Part shown: positions 1-9,167 of the stretch, in pieces
How the letters are laid out: every line of letters starts with the position of its first letter
Numbering within the stretch: the first letter of the stretch is position 1
Assembly: GCA_041288095.1 (NCBI GenBank)
Contig: JBGGMJ010000079.1
Span: 1 to 64,000, forward strand
DNA length: 64,000 nucleotides
Direction: 5' to 3'
Source of the DNA: Myxococcota bacterium
GTDB lineage: Bacteria; Myxococcota; XYA12-FULL-58-9; JALHOP01
Position numbers and translations under genes: made by a program
Notes under the pieces: model-generated
Seen by the model: the letters and a program-made list of their open reading frames with translations, nothing else
Databases searched by the model: none
What the model was told of the DNA's origin: nothing

Positions 1-2
1 TC

Positions 3-320
3 GACTACGCCATCGACGTCAACGCCTCGGCCAGCTTCGAAGCAACCGTTAGCGGCGCCGCCGGGGTCGCCTTCGATGTCGCGGCGATCGAAGCGGTCAT
101 CGACCCGCTGACCTCGGACCTCTTCACCATCGCCGCGGACAGCGTCACCTTCGAGGGGACGCTGGCCGAGCTCAACCAAGCGATTGGGGCGCTGCAGGTG
201 CTGCCACCGACCGACGGCTTTGGCCTAGGAGAGATCGTCGTCAGCATCAGCGACCTCGGGATGATCGGCGACTGCGAGCTCACGGACCAGGCAACCATCT
301 CGCTCGAGTGGCTGCCCTAG
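3..320 (+). CDS. 3' end of a gene running in from the left edge; cadherin/Ig-like domain protein (partial)
   Basis: Open frame from base 3 to TAG at 318-320 (DYAIDVNASASFEATVSG...SVTFEGTLAELNQAIGALQVLP...LEWLP). The segment TFEGTLAELNQAIGAL matches the FSGTxAxxNAALxGL repeat of the two neighbouring adhesins. Not in the ORF track because the start is outside the window. Confidence 0.75.
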   Translation, partial: DYAIDVNASASFEATVSGAAGVAFDVAAIEAVIDPLTSDLFTIAADSVTFEGTLAELNQAIGALQVLPPTDGFGLGEIVVSISDLGMIGDCELTDQATISLEWLP

Positions 321-324
321 CGCG

Positions 325-3300
325 CTAGAACGTCGGCGGCTCGCGACACGCGGCGCCGTTGAAGACACCACTTTCGCTCACCGCCTCGGTCACACCGCGG
401 GGAGCGAAGTAGTCTTCGACGGCGCCGGAGGTGTAGCCCTCGAGCGCGAGCGGCGACACGCTCTGCGTGAGCTCGAAGCGATCATCGCCGCCGAAGGAGC
501 TGGTCGTGAGGTCGAGGCAGGCGACGACGCCGTTGCTCGTGAAGCGCATGCCGCCGGCCACGGTGCCCGACACCGTCGAGTTGTCCATGGTCACGTCCAG
601 CGAGCCCCCGGCGACAGCGCCGCCGAGGACGATGCCGCCGCCGCTCATCGCCGTACCGCCGCCGTTCACGGTGAGCTGAGAAATCCTGCCGTTGATGATC
701 GTGCCCGGGTCGGTGGCCGCCTGGAGCTCGACGCCGCGGAAGAAGTCGCCGCTGATGCTCGTGTTGGTGATCTCGAAGTCGAGACCGCCACCGCCGGCGT
801 TGACCATGATCGCGGTCGTGCCGGCGACGCCCGATGCGAGCGGGTTCTGGATGACGAAATCGTCGACGCGCAACTGATTGACCGCTGTAGCGGACGACGT
901 GCTCTGGAGCGAGAGGACGTTTCCGGCGACCCGGTTGGCGTCGACGTCGAAGACGCGCAGCAGGAGGTGGCCGTTGCCCGTCGGACCCGGCGTCGCGGTC
1001 ACTTCGATCCCGTTGCCGACATCCTCGAAGTGCGCGTCGAAGATGGCCATCGTGGTGAACACGTTGGTCTCGAGCTGAATGGCGCGCGCGGCGGCGTTGC
1101 GGATCTCGACGTTGTTCACGACCGGCACGTCGGCGTTGTTGGCGTAGCGGACCGCCGTGGCGAAACCATCGACGGTCACATGATCGATGAGGCCGTTGGC
1201 GACGTTCTCGACCGCGATGGCGGGGCCCGTTTGAATCGTGCCGGGCACGAAGTCGAAGCCGGTGACCTGGGCATTCGCGCCGACGCGAACCGCGGTCGTG
1301 GCGCTATTGCGGAGGACAGGCTTGCCGGTGCCCACGAGCACCTGGCCGGTCTGGAGCGGGAAGTCGACGCGGCTGCCACGCAAGATAGAGTCGGCGGGGA
1401 CGGTGATGTCGACGTCGTAAGGAGTCGCGGCGTTGCGCACCCAGATTGTCGAGCCTGGCGAGCTGGTCGCGCACGCCGCCACGGCTTCCTGGATGGTGTC
1501 GAACGGCGCCAGCTGAGAGCCGTCCTGCGTCGGGCCCGCCCCGTCTTTGTCGACGAACCAAAAGACTCGGAGGATCTTGATGGTCACGGTGCTGACCGCC
1601 GTCTGACCGCCGCCGTTCGCGATGGTGTACGTGAACGTGTCGTCGACGCCCGCGGGCTCACGGGCCCCGATGCCGAGTGGCGGGTCGTACGTGAACGAGC
1701 CGTCCGCCGCGAGACTCACGGCGCCACCAAGGCTGGAGACGGCGTCGAAGTCGATGATGGTGAGGTCGCCGGCGGGCGAGTCGTTGCCGATGACCCCCGG
1801 CGCGGCGATGAGGCGCCGCACGTTGCCTTGCGCGATAAAGGCGTCCGCCACGGCGATTGTGGGAAGGCCGTCGATGATGGTCGTCGTGTGCGTGTCCATG
1901 AGCGCGCCGCCGCCGCCGCTCGCGCCGCCGTCGTTCAGCGTGAGCGTCAGCGTCACAGGCGTCGTGAGCGCCGCCGCCTGTGGATCCCACTGCAGCATGC
2001 CGAGGTCAGCCGCGAAATCCGCGAGTCGGCCCGTCATCAGGATGGATTGCGCGTCGGGAAAGCTCACCGCGTAGGCGGGGGCGCCCGTGACGGCGAAGCC
2101 GCCGGTGGTCGCGGTGATCGCCAGCTCGATCAAGGCATCGCCCGCGTCGATGTCCGCTAACGCATACAGAAACGTCCCGTCGAAGGTCACGACGCCGAGA
2201 GGGTCGACGTTGATGGTGGTTGGACCAGTGATGACCGGCGCGTCGTTCCTGGCGGCGACGCTGATCGTGCAGGCATCGGTGTCCGACAAGCTGTTGGTCG
2301 TCGACGTCACCGTGAGCGTCGCATCACCGTTGTAGTTCTGGCTCGGGCGGAAGGTCAGGGTCGCGAGAGCGGCGTTGATGTTCGCGAGTGAGCCGCCAAA
2401 ATCCATGGCCGCGTCGGTGGTGCCGTCGCCGCTGCTGAACGTGAGGCCGGTGGTGGTGCCGAGAGTCAGCGTGCCGTTGGTCACCTGCAGCGTCACCGCT
2501 GTCGTGTCGGGGCCGTCGCGGTCGGCGATCGCGATGGTCTCCGAAGCCGTGAACGCGAGGGTTTCGTCCTCGTTCACGGCATGGGTGTCGGGAACATGGT
2601 TGAACGGGGGCGTGTCGACCGCGCTGACCCCGAGGGTGAAGCTCTCGCTGTCGCTCATGGCGCCGCCCGCGCCGATCGCGCCTTGATCGTTGGCGGTGAG
2701 CGTCAAGTCGATGAGCCCATTGAAGTCGGGCGGCGGCGTCAGCGTCATGCCGGCAAGCGCCGCGTTGATCGCGGAGGTCGTTCCGCTGAAGCGAAGCATC
2801 GGGTCGGCCGTGCCGTCGCCCGTCGTGAAGGTGAGGCCGCTCGTCGTCGCGAGGGTGACCGTCCCGGTGCTCGCGGAGAGCTCGACCGCGATCGGCGACG
2901 AGGCGGCATCGCCGTCGCTGACGCTGACGATGGCGTCGCCGGTGAAGGTGAAGGGAACATCCTCGGCGGTGACCTGGGGCGCGGGGACGCTCACGTTGGG
3001 TGCGTCGTTGACGGGCGTGACATCGACGGTGACCGCCGTGGTCACTTGATCCGTGCCGTCGGAGACGACGATTGAAAGCGCGAGGGTGCCGAAGAAGTTG
3101 GGGGCGGGGATGAGCTCGTCATTGTCGACGGTGTATGCGGCGCTGCTCGGAATCATGATCGAGAGGGTCGAAGGAACGTCGTCGATGTCGGTCACGCCCA
3201 GCGTCGCCGCGGTGAGCGTGATGGAGGTGTCCTCGTCGATGGTGAACGTCACGGGGCCGCTCGCGACGGGCGCATCGTTCACGGGCGTGATGGTGACCGC

Positions 3301-3618
3301 GACCGTCGTCGTGATGGTTTCGTGGTCATCGCCGACACTGAGGACGGCGCTGTCCGCTCCAGCGTAGTTTGCTTCGGGGGTGTAAGTGACCTTGGTCTTG
3401 GTGAGCGTTAGCGTGCCGTGCGACGGGCCTTGCTCGACGCTCACGCGCAGCCGACCGACCTGACCCACGGCCAGGATGCTGCCGGAGATCGGTGTGTCCT
3501 CGGCGGTCGTCAGTCTCAGCCCGTTGACCAAGAGCTCGCGGTCGAGGTCGTCGTCCTTGTCGGCACAAGCCGCAAAGACGACGCAGGCAGTCAGGAGAAA
3601 GACGCGAGAAGAACGCAC
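325..3618 (-). CDS. Large surface lipoprotein: tandem cadherin-like/Ig repeats, then a right-handed beta-helix C-terminal region (putative adhesin), paralog A
   Basis: Start moved to GTG 3618 (MRSSRVFLLTACVVFAAC, lipobox). Repeated TxEDT...YTPxANYxGxD...TITPVNDAP units. A WFVDKDGAGPTQDGSQLAPFDTIQEA motif precedes beta-helix-like repeats. Confidence 0.85.
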   Translation of the reverse strand: MRSSRVFLLTACVVFAACADKDDDLDRELLVNGLRLTTAEDTPISGSILAVGQVGRLRVSVEQGPSHGTLTLTKTKVTYTPEANYAGADSAVLSVGDDHETITTTVAVTITPVNDAPVASGPVTFTIDEDTSITLTAATLGVTDIDDVPSTLSIMIPSSAAYTVDNDELIPAPNFFGTLALSIVVSDGTDQVTTAVTVDVTPVNDAPNVSVPAPQVTAEDVPFTFTGDAIVSVSDGDAASSPIAVELSASTGTVTLATTSGLTFTTGDGTADPMLRFSGTTSAINAALAGMTLTPPPDFNGLIDLTLTANDQGAIGAGGAMSDSESFTLGVSAVDTPPFNHVPDTHAVNEDETLAFTASETIAIADRDGPDTTAVTLQVTNGTLTLGTTTGLTFSSGDGTTDAAMDFGGSLANINAALATLTFRPSQNYNGDATLTVTSTTNSLSDTDACTISVAARNDAPVITGPTTINVDPLGVVTFDGTFLYALADIDAGDALIELAITATTGGFAVTGAPAYAVSFPDAQSILMTGRLADFAADLGMLQWDPQAAALTTPVTLTLTLNDGGASGGGGALMDTHTTTIIDGLPTIAVADAFIAQGNVRRLIAAPGVIGNDSPAGDLTIIDFDAVSSLGGAVSLAADGSFTYDPPLGIGAREPAGVDDTFTYTIANGGGQTAVSTVTIKILRVFWFVDKDGAGPTQDGSQLAPFDTIQEAVAACATSSPGSTIWVRNAATPYDVDITVPADSILRGSRVDFPLQTGQVLVGTGKPVLRNSATTAVRVGANAQVTGFDFVPGTIQTGPAIAVENVANGLIDHVTVDGFATAVRYANNADVPVVNNVEIRNAAARAIQLETNVFTTMAIFDAHFEDVGNGIEVTATPGPTGNGHLLLRVFDVDANRVAGNVLSLQSTSSATAVNQLRVDDFVIQNPLASGVAGTTAIMVNAGGGGLDFEITNTSISGDFFRGVELQAATDPGTIINGRISQLTVNGGGTAMSGGGIVLGGAVAGGSLDVTMDNSTVSGTVAGGMRFTSNGVVACLDLTTSSFGGDDRFELTQSVSPLALEGYTSGAVEDYFAPRGVTEAVSESGVFNGAACREPPTF

Positions 3619-3631
3619 CTGGGCAGCATAT

Positions 3632-6600
3632 CTAGAACGGCGGCTCGGCGCACACCCCGCCCGTCGGTGTCGAGTACGTGCCGGTAGCACCCACGCCGCC
3701 GGTGAAACGCGTGCTGAAATACGCGGGTACGTCGCCCCCAACGTAGCCCTCGAGCTCGAACGCGGCGCTGGCCTGGAGGAGGACGAGGCCGAAGGGAGCT
3801 CCACTGACGCTACTGGTGTCGAGGTCCAGGCAGATATTCAGCTGATTCGAATTCATGAGAATGCCGGGGACGCCGCTCACCGCCCCGTTCACGTCCCGCA
3901 CCGTGAGATCGAGCCGGCCGGCGGCGAGGCCGTTCACCTGGTAGCCACCGCTCGCGAACGAACCCGAGACCAGATCGACGTCGTTGAGGAGCGCGTTGAC
4001 CTGCGCTCCGCCGACGTCGAGCGTGAGTCCGTTGCCGTAGCCGCCGAGGTCGACGTTATTGATCTCGAGCTCGAGCGCGCCACCGCTCACCCCGATGTCG
4101 ATGGCGCTCGTGCCGGTCGCCCCGGTGTTGACGAACGTGGACGCGAAGATGCGAATTAGCGAGGGGAAAACCGCATCGACGGCCGTCTCGGAGTCGACGA
4201 CCACCGCGTTCTGACTGGCGGCGCTCACGTCCGTCGCGATGACGAAAAGACTGAGCCGGGCGTTGCTCTCGGTGGCGGTCGCGTTGACGACGAGGCCGCG
4301 TTGCACGCGCTCGAATACACTGGCAATGACCGACACGCCCGAGGCTCGGCCGGTCTGCACGGTGATGGCGTCGTTCGCGTCGGTGATCACGAGGTTGTTC
4401 AGCTCGAGCCCGTCCGTCGTCGTGTCGACGATGCTGATGCCAGTCGTGAAGCCGGCGATCGTGACGTTGTCGATGACGCCGCTGTTGAGCGCGATGGCCG
4501 CGATCGCCGGACCCGTCGTGGTCGCGCCTGGGTTGATGTCGAAGCCGCTGATGCGGCTGGTGTCGCCGAGATTGAATGCGGTAGCGCCGGCGGGGATGAT
4601 CTCCGGACGGCCGAGCGCCGGTAGCTCCGTCGAGTCGGAGGCGTAGCCGTCGAGGATTGCCTCGCCTTCCAACGGCGGCTCGGTGCCGTCCTGAAGGTCG
4701 AAGGCGACGTGGCTGCTGAGCACCGAGGTCCCCGGCGGCAGCGTCATGAGCGCCGGCGTGTACGCGGTGGTCGCGTCGTAAACGTAGATGTACGTGCCGT
4801 AGTGCGAGGTCTGCGCCGCGGTGACGGCCTCTTCGATGGTGTCGAAGGGCGCCAAGAAGCTGCCGTCTTGCGTCGGTCCCGCTCCGTCTTTGTCGACGAA
4901 CCAGATGACGCGGAAGATCTTGAGGTTGACCGTGCCCGAGGCCGTGCCGCCACCTGGGCTCGTGATGTCGTAGGTGAAGCTGTCGTCGAGGCCGCCCTCG
5001 ACCTGGCGCGCCCCAGCGCCGGTCGGCGGGACGTAGGTGAAGCCGCCGTCCGCCGACATGGTGACAGCGCCACCGAGCGTGGAGGTCGTCGTGGTGGTCG
5101 TCACGCTCGCTCCGAGCGGAGAGTCGTTGACGAGCACCCCCGGCGCCGCGACCACGCGCCGGACGTTGCCCTGCACATTGTAGCTGTCACTGCTCGCGAC
5201 CAGTCCCGGCGCGGCGACGTTGACGGTGAGCACGAGCGAGTCGGTGCGCGCGCCGCCGCTGCCGGTCGCGGCTTGGTCGTCGATGACGAAGGTCAGCGTG
5301 GCGCTGCCGCTGAAGGCGCCCGCGTTCCACTGCAACATGTCGAGGTCGGCCGCGAATTGCGCGAGCGTGCCAGTGAGCACGACCTCGCCGGGCGTCGACG
5401 TGTCGGCCGTGAAGGCGGGCGTACCGGTGAAGGTAAACGTTCCCGCGGTGGCGGTGACCGTGAGCTCTACTTGGGCCGTGCCCGCGTCGAGGTCGGCGAG
5501 CACGACGGCGTTTGCGTCCGCGAAGGTGATGACGGCGGCGGTCGCGACGTCCATCGGTGACGCCGGGCCGGTGATCTCGGGCGCGTCGTTCACGGCCGCC
5601 ACGGTGATGGCGCAATTATCCGTGTCGCTGAGGCCGTTGCTCGTCGTCGTGAGCGTCAGCGTGTCCGCTCCAGCGTAGTTCGTGGGTGCCTCGTAGGTGA
5701 GCCCGCCCAACGCGGCGTTGACGTCGGCGAAGGTGCCGCTGAAGCTCGCTGCCGCGTCGTCGGTGCCGTCGCCGACCGTGAACGAGAGCCCGGTGATGCC
5801 GGCGAGCGTCAGCACACCCTGGGTCACCGCGAGCTCCACCGCGACCGTGGCTCCGCCCGGCGCGTTGCCGTCGGCGACCGAGATGACGTTCACGCCTTGA
5901 AACGTGAGCGTTGCCTCCTCGTCGACCGTCACCGCATCGGGAATGGTGTTGAACGGCGGCACGTCGGCGCCGTCGACCGCGACACTGAAGGTCTCGGTGT
6001 CGGTGAGGGCGCCGCCGCCGCCGGTCGAGCCCTGATCGTCCGCGATGATGGTCAGCGTGATGAGCTCGTCGAACCCATTGGGCGGCGTGACCACCATGCC
6101 GGCGAGCGCCGCGTTCACCCCGGCGAAAGCGCCGCTGAAAGTCATCGATGCGTCCTCGTCGCCGTCACCGGCGGTGAAGGCGAGACCCGTCGTGGTCGAG
6201 AGACTGATGGCGCCGTGGTCAGCCGAGAGCGTCACGGCCATCGTCGCCGCGTCGATGTCGGCGATGCTGACCGTTGCATCGCCGGTGAAAGTGAACGGTG
6301 TGTTCGACCCGGTGTTTCGCGGCGAAGGGACGCGCGCGTCCGGCGCGTCGTTGACCGGTGTCACCGTGAGCGTCAGCGTGGCGTCGACCGAAGCCGTGCC
6401 GTCGGAGATGGTGACCGGGACGGCGAGGCTGCCCGCGAGGTTCGGGAGGGGCGTGATGTCGTGGTCGCTCACGAGATAACCGCCGCCGTTCGCGATGGTG
6501 ATGCTGATTTGACTCGTGCTGTTGTCGATGTCGCTGACGCCGAGGTTCGCCGCGGTAATGTGGATCGACGTGTCCTCATCGATGACGAGCGTCGGCGTCG

Positions 6601-6964
6601 CGCTCACGGTGGGTGCGTCGTTCACTGGCGTGATGGTGATGCTCACCGTCGCGGTCACCGATTTCTCGCCGTCGCTGACCTCGACCACGGCGCTGTCCGC
6701 TCCAGCGTAGTTGGCGGCGGGTGTGTAAACGAAGGTCGAGTCGTCGAGCACCAGGGTACCGTGCGTCGGTTCCTGCGCGACGCTGACGCGCACCGTGCCC
6801 ACCTGACCCGTCGCCGAGATGCCGCCGGAGATTGGCGTGTCCTCCGCGGTCGTGAGGCTGACTCCGTTCACGGTCAGCTCGCTACGCAGATCGTCGTCTT
6901 TATCGGAGCAGGCCGCCGCGACGAGAGAGACACCGAGAGCCAGAACACGAAGCGATCGCAGCAC
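3632..6964 (-). CDS. Large surface lipoprotein: tandem cadherin-like/Ig repeats plus beta-helix (putative adhesin), paralog B
   Basis: Start moved to GTG 6964 (MLRSLRVLALGVSLVAAAC, lipobox). Collinear with 325..3618, sharing CxDKDDDL, VNDAP repeats, QGNVRR, WFVDKDGAGPTQDGS and a C-terminal CxEPP. Confidence 0.85.
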   Translation of the reverse strand: MLRSLRVLALGVSLVAAACSDKDDDLRSELTVNGVSLTTAEDTPISGGISATGQVGTVRVSVAQEPTHGTLVLDDSTFVYTPAANYAGADSAVVEVSDGEKSVTATVSITITPVNDAPTVSATPTLVIDEDTSIHITAANLGVSDIDNSTSQISITIANGGGYLVSDHDITPLPNLAGSLAVPVTISDGTASVDATLTLTVTPVNDAPDARVPSPRNTGSNTPFTFTGDATVSIADIDAATMAVTLSADHGAISLSTTTGLAFTAGDGDEDASMTFSGAFAGVNAALAGMVVTPPNGFDELITLTIIADDQGSTGGGGALTDTETFSVAVDGADVPPFNTIPDAVTVDEEATLTFQGVNVISVADGNAPGGATVAVELAVTQGVLTLAGITGLSFTVGDGTDDAAASFSGTFADVNAALGGLTYEAPTNYAGADTLTLTTTSNGLSDTDNCAITVAAVNDAPEITGPASPMDVATAAVITFADANAVVLADLDAGTAQVELTVTATAGTFTFTGTPAFTADTSTPGEVVLTGTLAQFAADLDMLQWNAGAFSGSATLTFVIDDQAATGSGGARTDSLVLTVNVAAPGLVASSDSYNVQGNVRRVVAAPGVLVNDSPLGASVTTTTTTSTLGGAVTMSADGGFTYVPPTGAGARQVEGGLDDSFTYDITSPGGGTASGTVNLKIFRVIWFVDKDGAGPTQDGSFLAPFDTIEEAVTAAQTSHYGTYIYVYDATTAYTPALMTLPPGTSVLSSHVAFDLQDGTEPPLEGEAILDGYASDSTELPALGRPEIIPAGATAFNLGDTSRISGFDINPGATTTGPAIAAIALNSGVIDNVTIAGFTTGISIVDTTTDGLELNNLVITDANDAITVQTGRASGVSVIASVFERVQRGLVVNATATESNARLSLFVIATDVSAASQNAVVVDSETAVDAVFPSLIRIFASTFVNTGATGTSAIDIGVSGGALELEINNVDLGGYGNGLTLDVGGAQVNALLNDVDLVSGSFASGGYQVNGLAAGRLDLTVRDVNGAVSGVPGILMNSNQLNICLDLDTSSVSGAPFGLVLLQASAAFELEGYVGGDVPAYFSTRFTGGVGATGTYSTPTGGVCAEPPF

Positions 6965-7086
6965 GGCGCACACCTTTAGCCAGAGGAACGGGCAACCAAT
7001 GTAGTGAATACACATCGAGGCGCCAGGGAAAAACCCATGGCCGCGCCCAATTGACTTCGCCCTCGAACACCATTTCTGATGCGCCG

Positions 7087-7797
7087 ATGACCCCACGCTG
7101 TCTCCTCGCCGCCACTCTGTTGCTCTCAGCCTGCGGCGAGGTGTTCGATCGATCCAAGACGATCGGCATGACCGACTCCGTTGGTGTCGCCGCGGGAGGT
7201 GAGGGCATCATCCGCGGTGAGGTCAAGTTCCCAGGAACGATTGGCGTCGACCGCCGCATCACCTTGACGCTCATCGCGCAGTCGTACGCGACCTCGCGCA
7301 GCAGCGAAGTCACGAGCGGCAATGACGTTCGCTTCGTCATCAGTGGCTTGCCGGATGGCAACTACGCGGTGGGAGCCGCGCTCGACGTCGACGGCGATGG
7401 TGAGCTCGACGAAGAGGACTGGGCGGGCTTCAGCGGCGGCACCAAGAGCGCGCCGATCCTGCGGCGCGGCAACGCGCGCCAGGTCAGCGTCGTGGGCGGC
7501 GAAGGAGAGATCGACGTCGAGATCGGGCTCGTTGGCTCGTGTTTGTTGCCGCTCGGTAGTACCTGCGCATCCGACTCGGATTGCCGCTACGTGAGCTGCG
7601 ACTGCCCGGCGCATCCGGCGACCGGCACTCCCGCCAAAGAGGTCTTCTACTTGCCGACGTGCCCGAACGCGACGCGGGTTTGCACCTTGGCTGGCACGCA
7701 GGACTGTGAGGCCGCTTGCGCGCCGGCGCCTGGGCCGGACCTTGCGACCGGGCCTTGCTTGCGTGACTTGGATCTTACGACCGCCGAAGCGGATTAG
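7087..7797 (+). CDS. Lipoprotein with an Ig-like domain, a DxDGDG Ca-binding-like loop and a Cys-rich C-terminus
   Basis: ATG 7087 MTPRCLLAATLLLSAC lipobox; LPDGNYAVGAALDVDGDGELD; 10 Cys in the last ~85 aa. Confidence 0.75.
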   Translation: MTPRCLLAATLLLSACGEVFDRSKTIGMTDSVGVAAGGEGIIRGEVKFPGTIGVDRRITLTLIAQSYATSRSSEVTSGNDVRFVISGLPDGNYAVGAALDVDGDGELDEEDWAGFSGGTKSAPILRRGNARQVSVVGGEGEIDVEIGLVGSCLLPLGSTCASDSDCRYVSCDCPAHPATGTPAKEVFYLPTCPNATRVCTLAGTQDCEAACAPAPGPDLATGPCLRDLDLTTAEAD

Positions 7798-7802
7798 CAG
7801 CT

Positions 7803-8117
7803 TTATGCACGCATCGCGGTAAGGCTCGCGCCACCGCGCTCTTGCAGCTTCTGCATGCGCTGGCGCGGCACCACGAGCGCGTCGACGCAGGCGCGCAGCC
7901 ACGCGCAGACCACGGTGTACTCCATCTCGTTGAGGACGCCGCCGAGGTACGCGTCCTTGAACGCTTGGCTCACGTAGCGCAGCTCGTCGAGCGTGATGTG
8001 TCCATCGCGCAAGAGCTTGCGGCCGAGCTCGGCGCGGCGCTTCGAGGACGCTTTACCGTCACGGAGCAAGGCGACGAACGCCTTGAGCTTCGGCGGGTCG
8101 AAGGTGAAGCCGCTCAT
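7803..8117 (-). CDS. Small basic helical hypothetical protein
   Basis: 104-aa ORF whose ATG overlaps the upstream TGA (ATGA at 8114-8117). Aligns without gaps to part of the upstream protein. Confidence 0.7.
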   Translation of the reverse strand: MSGFTFDPPKLKAFVALLRDGKASSKRRAELGRKLLRDGHITLDELRYVSQAFKDAYLGGVLNEMEYTVVCAWLRACVDALVVPRQRMQKLQERGGASLTAMRA

Positions 8118-8983
8118 AGCATCTCGCGGCGCGGCGCGTTGACGTCGGGGACCTGGCGATTGATGCCGATGTCGGTGAGCGTCGTCGCCAGCTGATCGTT
8201 GACGTCGGTGCGGCGCACGTTCAAGCGGGCGCGGCCTTCGACGCCTTGATCTTCTTCGTCGAGTCGGCGGCGCATGACCTGGGTCTCGACGTCTTCGGCG
8301 GGATCGTTGCGCTCGAGGCGCTCGGCCCCGGTGCGCCGATCGTTGGTCACGGCGGTGGCATCGTCAGCGATGCCTTCGCCGCCTTCGAGCACGTTGATGT
8401 AAAGGCGGGCCATCTGGTCGAGGCCGTCGGAGCGGCCACCGCTATAGCGGGCGGAGAGCTCACGCTCGAGGGCTCCTACGCCCTGCTGGTACTCGTCGTC
8501 GGTCAGCGCGCCCTTGTCGTGCATGTCTTGCAGACCGGCGTACATCGACGAGATCTCGAGCAGAGTGACCTCGCCGTCCTTGCTCGCCTTGGAGAAGATG
8601 TCGTTCCACTCGGCGCTGTCGATGCTGCCGTCTTTCGCGGCGTCTTGAGCGCTGAGCGCGATGTCGAGGGCGCCCAGCATGTCGGCCATGAACTGGGTCC
8701 AGGCGTTGGCGCTGGCGGTGACGAAGGCGTCGTTCGGTGGGGTGACGGCCGCGGCGCCTGTGCTCGTCGCCGCGGTGCTGGTGCTCGTCGCCCCGGTATT
8801 GATGCGGTTCTGGCTGCCCGTCGCGAGGTCGGTACCGCGCGTGCCGTCGACGTTGCGGCGGACGTTTTGGGCGCGCTCGTCTTGCTCGATCCGCGAGATG
8901 TTGAGCTCGGTGCCGTCGCCCCGGATGCCGCGATTGGCGTTGCTGACCGGCTGGATGAGGCGAAGATCGCTGCTGTTAGCCAT
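8114..8983 (-). CDS. Hypothetical protein with a low-complexity N-terminus and an acidic helical domain (DG-x-I/V-xx-E and GALTDDEY motifs)
   Basis: ATG 8983 (MANSSDLRLIQPVS) preceded by GAAGGG; GC-rich third codon positions; no signal peptide. Confidence 0.75.
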   Translation of the reverse strand: MANSSDLRLIQPVSNANRGIRGDGTELNISRIEQDERAQNVRRNVDGTRGTDLATGSQNRINTGATSTSTAATSTGAAAVTPPNDAFVTASANAWTQFMADMLGALDIALSAQDAAKDGSIDSAEWNDIFSKASKDGEVTLLEISSMYAGLQDMHDKGALTDDEYQQGVGALERELSARYSGGRSDGLDQMARLYINVLEGGEGIADDATAVTNDRRTGAERLERNDPAEDVETQVMRRRLDEEDQGVEGRARLNVRRTDVNDQLATTLTDIGINRQVPDVNAPRREML

Positions 8984-9167
8984 TGGGCACCCTTCGGAGG
9001 TCCGAACCAGCGCTGGTGGACGCGGAGTCGGTCGTGGTCTTCGTACATACACGTCTTGGCCCGAGGGCGGCTCGGCCGTCAGGTACGTAAACCCATTTCC
9101 CGCACAACTTCAGGGGACTTGCGGCGATGATTGACAGGATGGCCCTAGTTTCGCGAGGTTGCCCGGG

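Noticed and set aside
3619..3804. Apparent 170-bp overlap between the two adhesin ORFs
   Set aside because: Artefact of choosing the longest ORF; the lipoprotein signal begins at GTG 3618, after the upstream stop.
467..6979. Many long plus-strand ORFs antisense to the adhesins, and similar shadow ORFs throughout the window
   Set aside because: Expected in high-GC DNA opposite real genes; they have Arg/Gly-rich or mirror composition and no motifs.
9100..9130. Possible shared alternative-sigma promoter (CAAC-N16-CGAT) before the serpin gene and the 23451 gene, with a near match before 46083
   Set aside because: Only 8 informative bases and absent at the right spacing before 12402, 25003, 31232 and 8983; cannot be separated from chance by eye.
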